From Candidatus Bathyarchaeia archaeon (lineage in GTDB: Archaea; Thermoproteota; Bathyarchaeia; Bathyarchaeales; Bathycorpusculaceae), in contig JBEKXL010000018.1 in the NCBI GenBank assembly GCA_049512075.1, positions 1-45,554 of the forward strand: a DNA stretch of 45,554 nucleotides. The letters are read 5' to 3'. The position numbers and the translations under genes were made by a program. The notes under the pieces were generated by a model that worked only from the letters and a program-made list of their open reading frames with translations, made no database searches and was not told the DNA's origin. Numbering within the stretch: the first letter of the stretch is position 1; every line of letters begins with the position of its first letter. Shown here piece by piece: positions 36,472 through 45,554 of this stretch.

Positions 36472-37413
36472 ATGATTTCGATTGTGGGTGCTGGGAAAGT
36501 TGGAAGCTCCGCGGCTTTCAGTATTCTAGGGTTCAGGACTAGCGACGTTGTTTTAGTTGACATTGCTGAGAATCTGGCGCGAGGTGAAGCCTTGGACATG
36601 ATGCAGGCCGCCCCAGCGATCGAGTTTGACGGGAAGATCAAGGGAACGAACGATTATGGTGAAATGAAAGGTTCGGAGCTTGTCATCGTCACAGCGGGTC
36701 TGGGAAGACAGCCTGGGATGAGCCGGTCTGATCTTGCTGGAAAGAACGCGAAGATAGTCAAGTCCGTCGTGAGGGAGGTCGTGAAGTATTGTCCGGGCTG
36801 CAAACTCATGATTGTAACCAATCCGGTTGACGTCATGACGTACGTGGCCTACAAGGAGAGCGGGTTTGAGAGAAACCGGGTCTTTGGGATGGGTAACATC
36901 TTGGACACTCTCCGTTTCAGGTCGTACATCGCGCAAGAACTGGGGGTTTCAAGAGAGGACATTCGCGGCCTGGTCATCGGAGAGCACGGAGATTCCATGG
37001 TGCCTCTCGTGAGACACGCTTCCGTTTCAGGCATACCCATAACAGAGCTACTGAACAGCCAGCAGATTGAAAAAATAGTGAGCCTGACGAGAAGTTCAGG
37101 ATCAGACGTGATAAAACTCAAAGGAGCCACAACCTATGCTCCGAGCGCCGTCATCGCCATAATGGCGGACGCTGTCCTAAAGGGCAGAAACAGGGTTATG
37201 GGCGTCTCCACCTACCTGCTGGGCGAGTACGGTTTCTCCGACGTCTCAATCGGTGTGCCATGCGTTCTTGGAAAAAATGGTGTCGAAAGGATTCTGGAAC
37301 TCAAACTCGATCCCGAAACGAAGGCAGAATTTGAAAAATCAGTCGCCTCAGTAACTGATGTGATAAGGAAAACGAACGAAATAGCACAGACAGAACCTGC
37401 ATCTGAAGCATGA
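36472..37413 (+). CDS. mdh: Malate dehydrogenase (LDH-like MDH)
   Basis: GAGKVG, TAGLGRQPGMSR.DL, VTNPVD, LDTLRF, IGEHGDSMVP. Confidence 0.93.
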   Translation: MISIVGAGKVGSSAAFSILGFRTSDVVLVDIAENLARGEALDMMQAAPAIEFDGKIKGTNDYGEMKGSELVIVTAGLGRQPGMSRSDLAGKNAKIVKSVVREVVKYCPGCKLMIVTNPVDVMTYVAYKESGFERNRVFGMGNILDTLRFRSYIAQELGVSREDIRGLVIGEHGDSMVPLVRHASVSGIPITELLNSQQIEKIVSLTRSSGSDVIKLKGATTYAPSAVIAIMADAVLKGRNRVMGVSTYLLGEYGFSDVSIGVPCVLGKNGVERILELKLDPETKAEFEKSVASVTDVIRKTNEIAQTEPASEA

Positions 37414-37432
37414 AGAAAATGCGACGCTGAGC

Positions 37433-37867
37433 CTAGCTTGCTTGTTTTTTTTCGTGTTTTCTGAGGAACTCGTGTGCTTTTGCCAGCACTTTCTTGGCGT
37501 TTGCGAAAGTCAGTCTTGCCATTGCTTTCTCGTAGTTGAGCCATTCATATCCCACGTGTTCGTAGGACAATCTCACGTTGCTTTCTTTGCTTTCGATTAG
37601 AAAAAAAATGACTTCCTTGTATACTGTCCTAGCTTCCCTTCTGTAGAAATAGCTTATTTCTTCTCTGAAACCCTCGATAAAACGTGCGTTGGTGATGCCT
37701 GTTTCTTCATGCAGTTCGCGGACTACCGTTTCCCTTTCAGTTTCATGTGGTTCAACCTGGCCTTTTACGTAGTCCCAGTGGCCTGCCTCGTAGTACAAGA
37801 GAAGGTATTGAACTTCTCCGTCACGTTTGAACACGACTGCTCCACAGGATTTTTCATGCAAAGACAT
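37433..37867 (-). CDS. NUDIX hydrolase (Ap4A hydrolase-like)
   Basis: SCGAVVF, GHWDYVKGQVE..ETERETVVRELHEETG, LSYEH. Start trimmed so it does not overlap the tRNA. Confidence 0.9.
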   Translation of the reverse strand: MSLHEKSCGAVVFKRDGEVQYLLLYYEAGHWDYVKGQVEPHETERETVVRELHEETGITNARFIEGFREEISYFYRREARTVYKEVIFFLIESKESNVRLSYEHVGYEWLNYEKAMARLTFANAKKVLAKAHEFLRKHEKKQAS

Positions 37868-37899
37868 TGGTCTTCCCCGATTTACGTTTAGGAGCGCAG

Positions 37900-38012
37900 T
37901 GGCGCCAGGGGTGGGATTTGAACCCACGCGGCCCCGAGAGGCCACAAGCTCTTAGGCGTTTCATGTGGAAACGTCTCCAGGCTTGCTCCCTACCTGGCTA
38001 GGATACCCCGGC
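37900..38012 (-). tRNA. tRNA-Ser(GGA) with 24-nt intron at canonical 37/38 (37951-37974); CCA encoded
   Basis: Acceptor GCCGGGG/CCCTGGC; anticodon stem CAAGC/GCTTG; long variable arm; GTGGG-TTCAAAT-CCCAC; intron hairpin CGTTTC/GAAACG. Confidence 0.93.
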
Positions 38013-38096
38013 GCAAATGCAACAACTCATATTCAAGCAGAGTAGTTTATTATAGGTTTTCCAGCACAGACTTGCACGCAAGCGAGTGAGTCCAGC

Positions 38097-38714
38097 CTAT
38101 TGCCTTCTGGACAGTAGTACGCGGTAGCCGCTTTCCCTTGCCAGGACCTCAACATTTCCGAAAGCTTCCTCAAAAATCGTGCGCAACCTTTTGCCTCCAA
38201 TCTTGGATTTTACTACCATCTGGAAAACGCCTCCGCAGGCCATGTGCCTCGGTGCTTCAACTATCATCGCTTTAACGGTCTCCATGCCCGCGCTTACCGG
38301 AGGGTTTGAGAGTACGCAGTCGAAAATCAGGTCTTTCACTGGTGCGTATAGGCAACCGCGCCTGACCTCCGCGTTGCTGACGATGTTCTTCTCAACGTTC
38401 TGTCTGGCAAGCCAAACCGCACGCGCGTTCACGTCGACCAAAATCACGTACAAGCGCGGGTTAAAGGCCGCTGCTCCTATCCCAACGGCGCCGTAGCCGC
38501 AACCGATGTCCAACGCGCAGCCTTTCTTGGGCAACAGCATGGATTCTATCAGCAGCCGAGTGCCCAGGTCAACCCGCTGTTTTGAAAACACCCCCGAGGC
38601 TGTCAGAAACTCGAAAGGTTTTCCGCGGAGGTAAGTGCGTATCAGACCATATCTTGGCCTCGATTTTGGATTCGCCACAAAGTAGTGTTCAATGTTTTTG
38701 GCGTCTTTAGCCAT
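38097..38714 (-). CDS. RsmC-like class I SAM methyltransferase
   Basis: EHYF, TASGVFS..RVDLGTRLL, LDIGCGYG, SNPP. Confidence 0.9.
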   Translation of the reverse strand: MAKDAKNIEHYFVANPKSRPRYGLIRTYLRGKPFEFLTASGVFSKQRVDLGTRLLIESMLLPKKGCALDIGCGYGAVGIGAAAFNPRLYVILVDVNARAVWLARQNVEKNIVSNAEVRRGCLYAPVKDLIFDCVLSNPPVSAGMETVKAMIVEAPRHMACGGVFQMVVKSKIGGKRLRTIFEEAFGNVEVLARESGYRVLLSRRQ

Positions 38715-39740
38715 TCTTTTCTCCGCCGCTCTTCCAACACTTTGGATAGGTGCCTCTGGGCATGAGCACTCGCATCGTCTTGGCGACCATCCCGTGTTCC
38801 ATGTTCAGAGCTTCCTCTGAGTTGGCTACGGCCTTGGCCAACGCAACAGCCTCGCCTTTCAAGGACAAAACGGCAACCATCGAGTCCCTCTGTATTCCCG
38901 TTTCAAGCGACAAAATGCCTGGCGCCGTCAGGCTTGCGCCGTGGCAAACGGCGTCAACGGCGGAGTCTCTTATGCATATTTTGGGAACCAATCCGAGAGC
39001 GTGTTCCATCGGCTGAATGAACTGCTTCAAGAACTTTTCATCCTTCTTTTCTTGCCACTCCATAAACCAGTATGCTGCGTCATGCAGGATTACGCTGTTG
39101 TCTTCAACGAAAGGTCCGGCTCTCGTTCTGCGCAGTTCTTGCATGTGTGCTCCACATCCCAGAACCTCTCCCACGTCGAAACACAGTTTCCGTATGTATG
39201 TTCCTCCTTCGCATCCTACCTTGAAAAGTACGTTGCGACCCTCCAGTTCAAGAAAATCCAAATAGTAAACGCGCCTCGTCCGCAGCTGTCGCTTGACCGA
39301 AGATCGCAGAGGCGGACGCTGATAAATCAAGTCTTCAAATTCGCCTAGAACCTTCTTAACTTGTTCTATCCCGACTTCTGCGTGGAGCTTCATCACGCAC
39401 ACGTATTCTTTCCCGCTGTAAAGCAGTGCCTGAACGACTCTCGTACCCTCTTCTAGCGTGATTGGCAGAACGCCGGTCACTTTGGGATTTCTCTGGCCTT
39501 CTCTTAAGCCTCTAGAGTCCCGCCGTGACCAACATGCTGAAGCTTAAGAATGCGTTTAACCCAAGCAGCCACCTCGTGACTCGTCGGACCAGCAGTCTTG
39601 TCCAGGTTGATTACTCCGTGCTTTAAGTAATCTTCCGCCGGCCTGTCCTCAGGTTTGCATCCGAACCTTGGGTCGGTCTTGTCTTCAGCCTTCACCAACA
39701 GCTGGCGTTCATTTTCCCATGGAGCAGCAGTTCTAGGCAT
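38707..39740 (-). CDS. cbf5: H/ACA pseudouridine synthase Cbf5, split by a 23-nt intron (336 aa spliced)
   Basis: Exon 1 ends GHGGTL; removing 39489-39511 restores GHGGTLDPKVTGVLP. Also QRPPLRSSV, GTYIRKLC and a PUA domain. Confidence 0.95.
39489..39511 (-). other. Pre-mRNA BHB intron in cbf5
   Basis: GGGA-CTCT-AGA-GGCTT-loop-AGGCC-AGAG-AAA-TCCC forms a strict helix-bulge-helix-bulge-helix. Confidence 0.93.
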
Positions 39741-39780
39741 GACAACACATCACTTCCCATAGAATAGACAGAACCAAGTA

Positions 39781-39812
39781 TAAGAGTTTAAACACCCAAT
39801 CCTGCGTTTATG
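39781..39812. repeat. 32-bp direct repeat, copy 1 (putative att site)
   Basis: TAAGAGTTTAAACACCCAATCCTGCGTTTATG, identical to 44875-44906. Confidence 0.85.
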
Positions 39813-40220
39813 CCACCAAAACCTCTAAACCTCTTAGGTCGCCTGAACAGCATGATACCATTCTTTTCAGTGATGTAGTCGAACCCTGTACTCAGGACCT
39901 GCTTAGCTTCTTCAACCGTTGTTGCGGTCGTAACCTCAAACTCGTCGTCCTTGAAGTGTATCATGCTGAAGTACTTCATGGTGTTTTCTACTCGCTTATG
40001 TCGCAACAGTTTCTTGACGGTTAGCACGTTGCCATTGGTATAGTGAGCTATCATGCTTCCCCCCAATGTCTGAAGCTTTTGAATGATATTTTGAGCAACC
40101 TAGGGTTTTGCAACGTCCTTGTTGCTCTATGTTTTACATTGTCGAAAGACTTGTAGATGTTCATATAGGTAGTTGGGAATATTCTCTCTGAGTTCTTCGG
40201 AAGACAATTCAGCATGGTTA
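39788..40220 (-). pseudogene. Tyrosine recombinase/integrase remnant (5'-truncated, frameshifted)
   Basis: LQNPRLLKISFKSFRHW, frameshift in a G run near 40060, then LLRHKRVENTMKY catalytic motifs. Confidence 0.85.
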
Positions 40221-40311
40221 AGGGAACTCGGGAGACGAGAATAGCAGAAAACGCGAAGTTTACTAAAAAAAAGAGTTTAGGGGTATCGTTGTCCGTAGTG
40301 TTTTGCGAGCG

Positions 40312-42696
40312 TTATGGCGTAACCGATTTGCCGTAGTTCTTTGCCAATATCGAGAGATCTGAGAGGCTAACTTTGCCGTCGTTGTTTATGTCTGCGTTGG
40401 CGTTCCACTTCGGCTGGCCCGGTGTGGTGCCGTAGGCCTTTGCCAGTAAGGATAGGTCGGACAGGCTGACTTTGAAGTCGCCGTTGATGTCGCCTGAAAT
40501 CGTAACTTTCACCGTTCCCAAGGTGAAGTCGTTGCCTGACATGTCAGTTTGGCCGGCAACTGGCTGTGCATAGGCACTTACGGTGTAGTTTCCGTAGGCG
40601 AGGCCAACCGTGTTCCATGCAAACCTGAGAACCATCAGACACGATGCGTTCAGACCGCTGACCTGTTGAGTGCCTACGCCCGTGGCGTTTGCATACGCGG
40701 TAACGCTGAACGTTTCATTATACTCGCCGGTGTCTGCCGCGCAGACCGTTAGGTTGCAATTGAAGCCCTGCCCGATCACGGTCTTTGCAGCCACGACACT
40801 GATGACCGCGACGCAGTGTCCAGACGCCGCTGTATACGGCTTCATGAGCGGGTAATGATCCGTGTTGCTACCGATAGTGTAGGGTGTGTCGCCTATGCCG
40901 TCGCTTCCGGGCAGGTTCTGGTACGGACCGCTGTACAAGTCTGCCCCGTTGTAGTTGCTCCAGTAGTTTCCGCCGCTGGGATAGGCGTTGTCCCAAGTGT
41001 TGCTTCCCGTGACGAGGACGGTCAGCTGGACAGCAGCCATGAAGTTGTTGTGGTAGAAAACGTTGGCGTTCGAGTTTGTCATGTTCAAGAGGATTTGGCT
41101 TCCTGATATGGAGTTTCCGTAGACGACGTTTCCGTTGGCTGCAATGTTGAGGGTAACACCGGTTTGCGAAGTGATCATATTGCCATAGATGGTGTTGCCG
41201 CTTGCTGAAGCTGTCAGGTTGATTGGGGTCGGCGTATCCTGGAAAATGTTGTCGAACACCACGTTGCCCGCAGCGTTGCTTCCCTCAAGCACCACACCGC
41301 TACCGCCCATAGAAGCCATGATGTTACAGTAGATTCTAACGTTGCTAGCGTTAACGACGAGTATGCCCTCGGCCCAGTTGGTTATCTCGATTCCCGTGAC
41401 AGTAGAACCTGAAGCCCCAGAACCCAACGTAAGATAGATTCCCGAAGCCCCTCCGCCGAAGACGGGCGGGTCCTTTTCACCTATAATCGTCAAAGTCTTG
41501 TTCAGGGCTAGAGACTCGGTGTAGAAGCCGGGAGCGATTACAACTGTCCCTCCGGGGGCTGCCGCGTTGATTGCGGCTTGAACGCTCGTGTAGTTCTGGC
41601 TGTAATAGACTGGCCCAGCTGACGTGACAAGCAGGGTGGTGCTGCCGCTGCTTGGCATGTTGTTTGAGTCTCCGCTGTAATAGGCGGCGATGGTTACAGA
41701 GCCGGTGAAGTTGTCGGTGTACGTGGTGGAACAGGTTCCGTTGGACAGGGTGCAGACGGACTGGCTGAAGCTGCCTCCGATGCTGCTCGTGCTCCAAGTG
41801 ATAGTGCCCGTGGGGTTAGACCCTGAGACGGTGGCTGTGCACGTAACAGATGAACCGACATGGGCAGGGTTTGGTGAGCATGTAACAGACGTCGAGGACT
41901 GGACAGAACCAAAAGCATAGATTTTGCCATTTTCTGATCCTATGTAAACTACTCCGTTGACCACCGCAGGAGAAGAATCCACATAGCCACCTGTCGTGTA
42001 GCGCCAGACAAGCGCTCCAGTAGTGGCGTTCAGGCAGTAAACATATCCACCATAAGATCCCACGTAGACCAGACCACCAACAACAGCAGGAGAAGACCAC
42101 ACCTCGTTACTCTCGATCGTGTAGCTCCAGACGAACGCTCCATTAGTAGCGTTCAGGCAGTAAACATTATCATCATAAGATCCCACGTAGACCAAGCCAC
42201 CAACAACGGCAGGAGAAGACAACACACTGCCACCTGTCGTGTAGTACCAAACAAGCGCTCCACTAGCAGCGTTCAGGCAGTAAACATAACATTGAGATCC
42301 CACATAAACCAGACCACCAACAACGGCAGGAGAAGAAAACACCGCGTTACCTACTGTGCCCCGAACTGTCGTGTAGTTCCAAACGAGCGCTCCAGTACCA
42401 GCGTTCAGGCAGTAAACATTCCCATCACCTGATCCAATGTAGACCATATCACCAACAACGGCAGGAGAAGATCCCACCCCACTCCCTGTCGTGTAGGTCC
42501 ATAAGGTGTTGTTTGTGGTCGGAGCTGTTGAGTTTGAGGTTCCCGTGTGACTTGGGTCGTGGTGGAACATTGGCCACCAATCAACGCCGTCCGCACTTGC
42601 TGGTTGAATCTCAGACGCCACTGCTAACGTGCCAACCAGAAGTACCAACAGAACTAATCCAGAAAATACCTTCAGCATTTTCTCCTTTCCCATCAT
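40312..42696 (-). CDS. Secreted multidomain protein: PQQ-like beta-propeller, Ig-like, NosD-like beta-helix, CARDB-like, dockerin-like C-terminus
   Basis: Signal peptide, WPMFHHD, SSPAVVGGLVYVGS repeats, GGNYWSNY, duplicated DIN.D.KVSLSDL Ca-binding loops. Confidence 0.85.
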   Translation of the reverse strand: MMGKEKMLKVFSGLVLLVLLVGTLAVASEIQPASADGVDWWPMFHHDPSHTGTSNSTAPTTNNTLWTYTTGSGVGSSPAVVGDMVYIGSGDGNVYCLNAGTGALVWNYTTVRGTVGNAVFSSPAVVGGLVYVGSQCYVYCLNAASGALVWYYTTGGSVLSSPAVVGGLVYVGSYDDNVYCLNATNGAFVWSYTIESNEVWSSPAVVGGLVYVGSYGGYVYCLNATTGALVWRYTTGGYVDSSPAVVNGVVYIGSENGKIYAFGSVQSSTSVTCSPNPAHVGSSVTCTATVSGSNPTGTITWSTSSIGGSFSQSVCTLSNGTCSTTYTDNFTGSVTIAAYYSGDSNNMPSSGSTTLLVTSAGPVYYSQNYTSVQAAINAAAPGGTVVIAPGFYTESLALNKTLTIIGEKDPPVFGGGASGIYLTLGSGASGSTVTGIEITNWAEGILVVNASNVRIYCNIMASMGGSGVVLEGSNAAGNVVFDNIFQDTPTPINLTASASGNTIYGNMITSQTGVTLNIAANGNVVYGNSISGSQILLNMTNSNANVFYHNNFMAAVQLTVLVTGSNTWDNAYPSGGNYWSNYNGADLYSGPYQNLPGSDGIGDTPYTIGSNTDHYPLMKPYTAASGHCVAVISVVAAKTVIGQGFNCNLTVCAADTGEYNETFSVTAYANATGVGTQQVSGLNASCLMVLRFAWNTVGLAYGNYTVSAYAQPVAGQTDMSGNDFTLGTVKVTISGDINGDFKVSLSDLSLLAKAYGTTPGQPKWNANADINNDGKVSLSDLSILAKNYGKSVTP

Positions 42697-43066
42697 ATAG
42701 GTAGTTCAACGAACAGATAAAATTTGTGGAAAGATGTTCTAGCGCAGCTCGCTCGTCTAATAGAAGAAAGGTTTGACTTAGATTTATAACGTCAAAGATG
42801 CATGACTGAAACGGATTCGCGAAAATACTACGTTGGAATCTGATGAAGGAAAGAACTGACGGTTTGAAAGAAAACGGCGGTTTTCGTTCAATGTGGTTTG
42901 GAATGGGCGAAAAGCCAAGCATTTAGGATACATATATGCAGTTGCCGGGGGGGTGAACGAAATGGGGTATCGTTTTCTTTCACATTTTTCTGTTGGGCTT
43001 CCTTTGCCAGCTTACAAGCACGGTAAGATTCAGAAGACGATTACGAGGAACATTCTTCGGCAATGG

Positions 43067-44665
43067 TTATGGCGTAACCGATTTGCCGTAGTTCTTTGCC
43101 AGTATCGAGAGATCTGAGAGGCTGACTCTGTTGTCGCTGTTTATGTCCGCGTTAGCATTCCATTTCTGACTGCCTGGTGTGGAGCCGTAGGCCTTTGCGA
43201 GTAGGGACAGGTCGGACAGGCTAACTCTGAAGTCGCCGTTGATGTCGCCTGGAATGGTTATGGTTATGCTGCCGTCTGTGCAGTTGTTGTTTGCAGTGTT
43301 TGTTTCGCCTGGAACGGGCCAAGCGTACGCGCTCAGAGTGTAGTTGCCATAGGCAAAGCCGGTGGTGTTCCAGGTGAATGTGGTTGTTGTTGAGTTCATG
43401 CTTGTTAGGGTCACTTGCGTCTGATTGATCGCAGTTGCGTTCGCGCTTGTTGTGACGTTGAAGGTTTCAGCGTAGTTGCCTTGGTTTGCTGCTGTAACAT
43501 TCATACTTAACGTGTAGTTTTGACCGACAATGCTTTTGGCCGGTGCAACATTGGTGATGGCCACGTCATGAGTCAAATCTGAGGCGAATTTGACTAAAAC
43601 ATAATCAAAGTCGTTGGGGAAGGGATTGTGTGCGCCGCCTGCTACCGCGTATCCACCATCACTTGTTTGAACCAAAGAAAAAGCATAAGCCTCGGCCCCG
43701 AATGGTTGATTGTAAGTTGCGTTCCACAACATGTTGCCAGACACGTCCGTTTTGACAAGCCAAATATCGGACAAGTCGAGGCCGACAGAAAGTCTGTACC
43801 CCGCAATAGCGTATCCGCCGTCACTCGCCTGAACCAGAGAATAACATATATCATCGGTTGATCCGCCGTAGGTCTTGTTCCACAACATGCTACCAGAAGA
43901 GTCAGTCCTAACCAACCAAAAATCAGTGAGCCCCGCGCCAAAAGAGGTTGTCCACCCGGCTAACGCGAAGCCCCCGTCACCCGTCTGAACCAAAGACCAT
44001 GCTTCATCGAAGCTTGTTCCCCCGTAGGTCTTGTTCCACAACATATTACCGGAAGAGTCAGTCCTAACCAACCAAAAATCGCCATTGCCAGCACCGGAAG
44101 AATCTGTCCACCCGACTAACGCGAAGCCTCCGTCACCCGTCTGAACGATAGAATGGCACTCATCGTCGGCTGATCCGCCGTAGGTCTTGTTCCACAACAT
44201 GTTACCAGAAGAGTCAGTCATTACCAACCAGAAATCATTATTGGTGGAAGGAGAACCTGTAGATCCGGCTAATGCGAAGCCTCCGTCACCCGTCTGAACC
44301 ACAGATTGGGCGGTTGAACTGTAGAAGCAGCTGAGGGTGTTGTTCCACAACACGTTGCCACTGGAGTCAGTCTTAACCAACCAAGTGACGATGCCTGTTT
44401 CGGGTGGGAAAGCGAAAGAGGTGCTGAACCCTGCTAGCACATATCCTCCGTCGCTCGACTGAATCACTGAATAAGCCATATCTACGCCATAACCGCCATA
44501 TGTTCTGCCCCACTGTACTGGCGGCGGAGAACCCGCGGCAAGAGCGGGTTCTATTTGTTGCGTCGAACCCTTTGCGGGCATAACTTCAGAATCTAAACTC
44601 ACCGCAAAAGTGAGAGCACTTACAACAAGCAAAACAACCATTATTGACGACGCTTCCCGCTTCAT
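43067..44665 (-). CDS. Secreted beta-propeller repeat protein with CARDB-like and dockerin-like C-terminus
   Basis: About 50-aa WLVxTDSSGNMLWNKTYGG/QTGDGGFALAG repeats, HDVAITNV, same dockerin-like tail as its neighbour. Confidence 0.85.
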   Translation of the reverse strand: MKREASSIMVVLLVVSALTFAVSLDSEVMPAKGSTQQIEPALAAGSPPPVQWGRTYGGYGVDMAYSVIQSSDGGYVLAGFSTSFAFPPETGIVTWLVKTDSSGNVLWNNTLSCFYSSTAQSVVQTGDGGFALAGSTGSPSTNNDFWLVMTDSSGNMLWNKTYGGSADDECHSIVQTGDGGFALVGWTDSSGAGNGDFWLVRTDSSGNMLWNKTYGGTSFDEAWSLVQTGDGGFALAGWTTSFGAGLTDFWLVRTDSSGSMLWNKTYGGSTDDICYSLVQASDGGYAIAGYRLSVGLDLSDIWLVKTDVSGNMLWNATYNQPFGAEAYAFSLVQTSDGGYAVAGGAHNPFPNDFDYVLVKFASDLTHDVAITNVAPAKSIVGQNYTLSMNVTAANQGNYAETFNVTTSANATAINQTQVTLTSMNSTTTTFTWNTTGFAYGNYTLSAYAWPVPGETNTANNNCTDGSITITIPGDINGDFRVSLSDLSLLAKAYGSTPGSQKWNANADINSDNRVSLSDLSILAKNYGKSVTP

Positions 44666-44874
44666 TTATTGGTTCTCCTTCATATTCCAAAGGCCAGCTT
44701 AAACCGCTTTATCCAACACTGTTTCCTGAATAGTCTTTCACAGACTCTATCACTTATCGCTAGAGAGTACTTATGCAGTAAATATGCCTTGCCTAACCGA
44801 CCTATAGAAGAAAGTTCTGTCGGTCAAAGAAAAAAGAGGGGATTGCGCGGGAGATTTCGCCACATTGTCAGGGT

Positions 44875-44906
44875 TAAGAGTTTAAACACCCAATCCTGCG
44901 TTTATG
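44875..44906. repeat. 32-bp direct repeat, copy 2 (putative att site)
   Basis: Identical to 39781-39812. Confidence 0.85.
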
Positions 44907-45103
44907 ACACAGAACCTTTTGGGTCTTCTGAACAGTATTATGCCGTCTTTCTCAGTTATGTGTTGAACCCGACAGAAAGAGCCTGTTTTGCTTCTTCGAC
45001 TGTGGTCTGGGTCGTGACCTCGAACTCGTCGTCTTCAGAGCGTATCATGCTGATGTATTTCATAGTGTTCTCGATTCTCTTGTGGCGCAGTAGTTTTCTT
45101 CAT
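44882..45103 (-). pseudogene. Second integrase C-terminal remnant
   Basis: RKLLRHKRIENTMKYISMIRSEDDEFEVTTQTTVEEAKQALSVGF, frameshift, then EKDGIILFRRPKRF; paralogous to the 39788 remnant. Confidence 0.82.
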
Positions 45104-45232
45104 GCGCGCGCCTCCGCCCATAGGGCGTGCCACTCGTTCACTTCATATTTCTACTTCACAAGAGACTTATCTTACTCATGTCGATATTTGAGGTTGCATC
45201 GGTACAGATGAACATAAGACAGCGTGATGATT

Positions 45233-45430
45233 ATGTTAACTAGCATCCTCATCGTTGACGATGACGCTGGAGTGAGAACTATGCTTTCTTCAGTTCTGAA
45301 CGATGAGGGCTATTCGGTTGAAGCTGTCGAAAATGGAAAGAAGGCCATCAAAGCCTGTGAAAAATCGCCTTTTGACGTCGCCCTTATTGATATCGAACTA
45401 CCGGACATGAAAGGCACTGAACTGCTCAGT
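45233..45430 (+). pseudogene. Response regulator receiver domain truncated by IS insertion
   Basis: ILIVDDD...ALIDIELPDMKGTELL; homology stops at the IS hairpin and the conserved T and K motifs are absent. Confidence 0.8.
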
Positions 45431-45554
45431 AGTTTCCCCCGGAGCAAGCTCCGGGGCTCTACGGTAGGGCTTCTTGTTGTTCTTCTCGTATGTATTTTCT
45501 GACGGCGTCGAGGTTTAGTCCGCCTACCGTGTTGGCGCAGTATCCTTCTGCCCA
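45431..45554 (-). mobile_element. tnpA: IS200/IS605-family element end: tnpA 3' end (45459-45554) and subterminal hairpin (45437-45456)
   Basis: WAEGYCANTVGGLNLDAVRKYIREEQ Y1-transposase C-terminus; CCCCGGAGC-AA-GCTCCGGGG hairpin. Confidence 0.85.

Noticed and set aside
37868-37945. N-terminal extension of the NUDIX ORF
   Set aside because: It is the translated tRNA-Ser 3' half.
41900-44400. Regularly spaced DNA repeats as a CRISPR array or DGR
   Set aside because: They are in-frame beta-propeller repeats of about 120-150 bp; no unique spacers, cas or RT genes.
44669-45211. 180-aa plus-strand ORF
   Set aside because: Antisense shadow of the integrase remnant and promoter DNA.
1-45554. Genome-wide TAG reassignment
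   Set aside because: Several full-length genes (vps4, cdvA, first NTase, YHS protein) end naturally at TAG.

Overview
Archaeal chromosomal window, most likely Bathyarchaeia. This is an inference from gene content: H4MPT-branch fwd/mch, Cdv/ESCRT-III, HdrA without HdrBC, NucS, Nre, and dockerin-tagged surface proteins. Core content: a fwdD-B-A-C-mch operon; three paralogous COG1665-type Pol-beta nucleotidyltransferases next to a winged-helix regulator and mobB, interrupted by a PepSY-like/clan-CD-peptidase-like gene pair whose second gene has an in-frame TAG; an ESCRT-III/cdvA/cdvB/vps4 operon; a class II GATase; Lhr; a polyferredoxin-hdrA-hdrA/mvhD operon; nucS, ppa, nreA and mdh. Three bulge-helix-bulge (BHB) introns are visible: a 23-nt mRNA intron splitting the catalytic Asp codon of cbf5, a 26-nt non-canonical intron in tRNA-Asp (which also has C55), and a 24-nt canonical intron in tRNA-Ser. 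Accessory content: an AT-rich islet with a Tag-like glycosylase, an HxlR regulator and a wHTH-TIR protein followed by a long hairpin; a strongly structured ~125-nt three-way-junction leader RNA in front of a small RHH-like gene; two decayed integrases sharing a perfect 32-bp repeat at the cbf5 promoter and flanking two dockerin-bearing surface proteins; and an IS200/IS605 end interrupting a response regulator. All calls come from reading the sequence and recalled family motifs; no searches were run.
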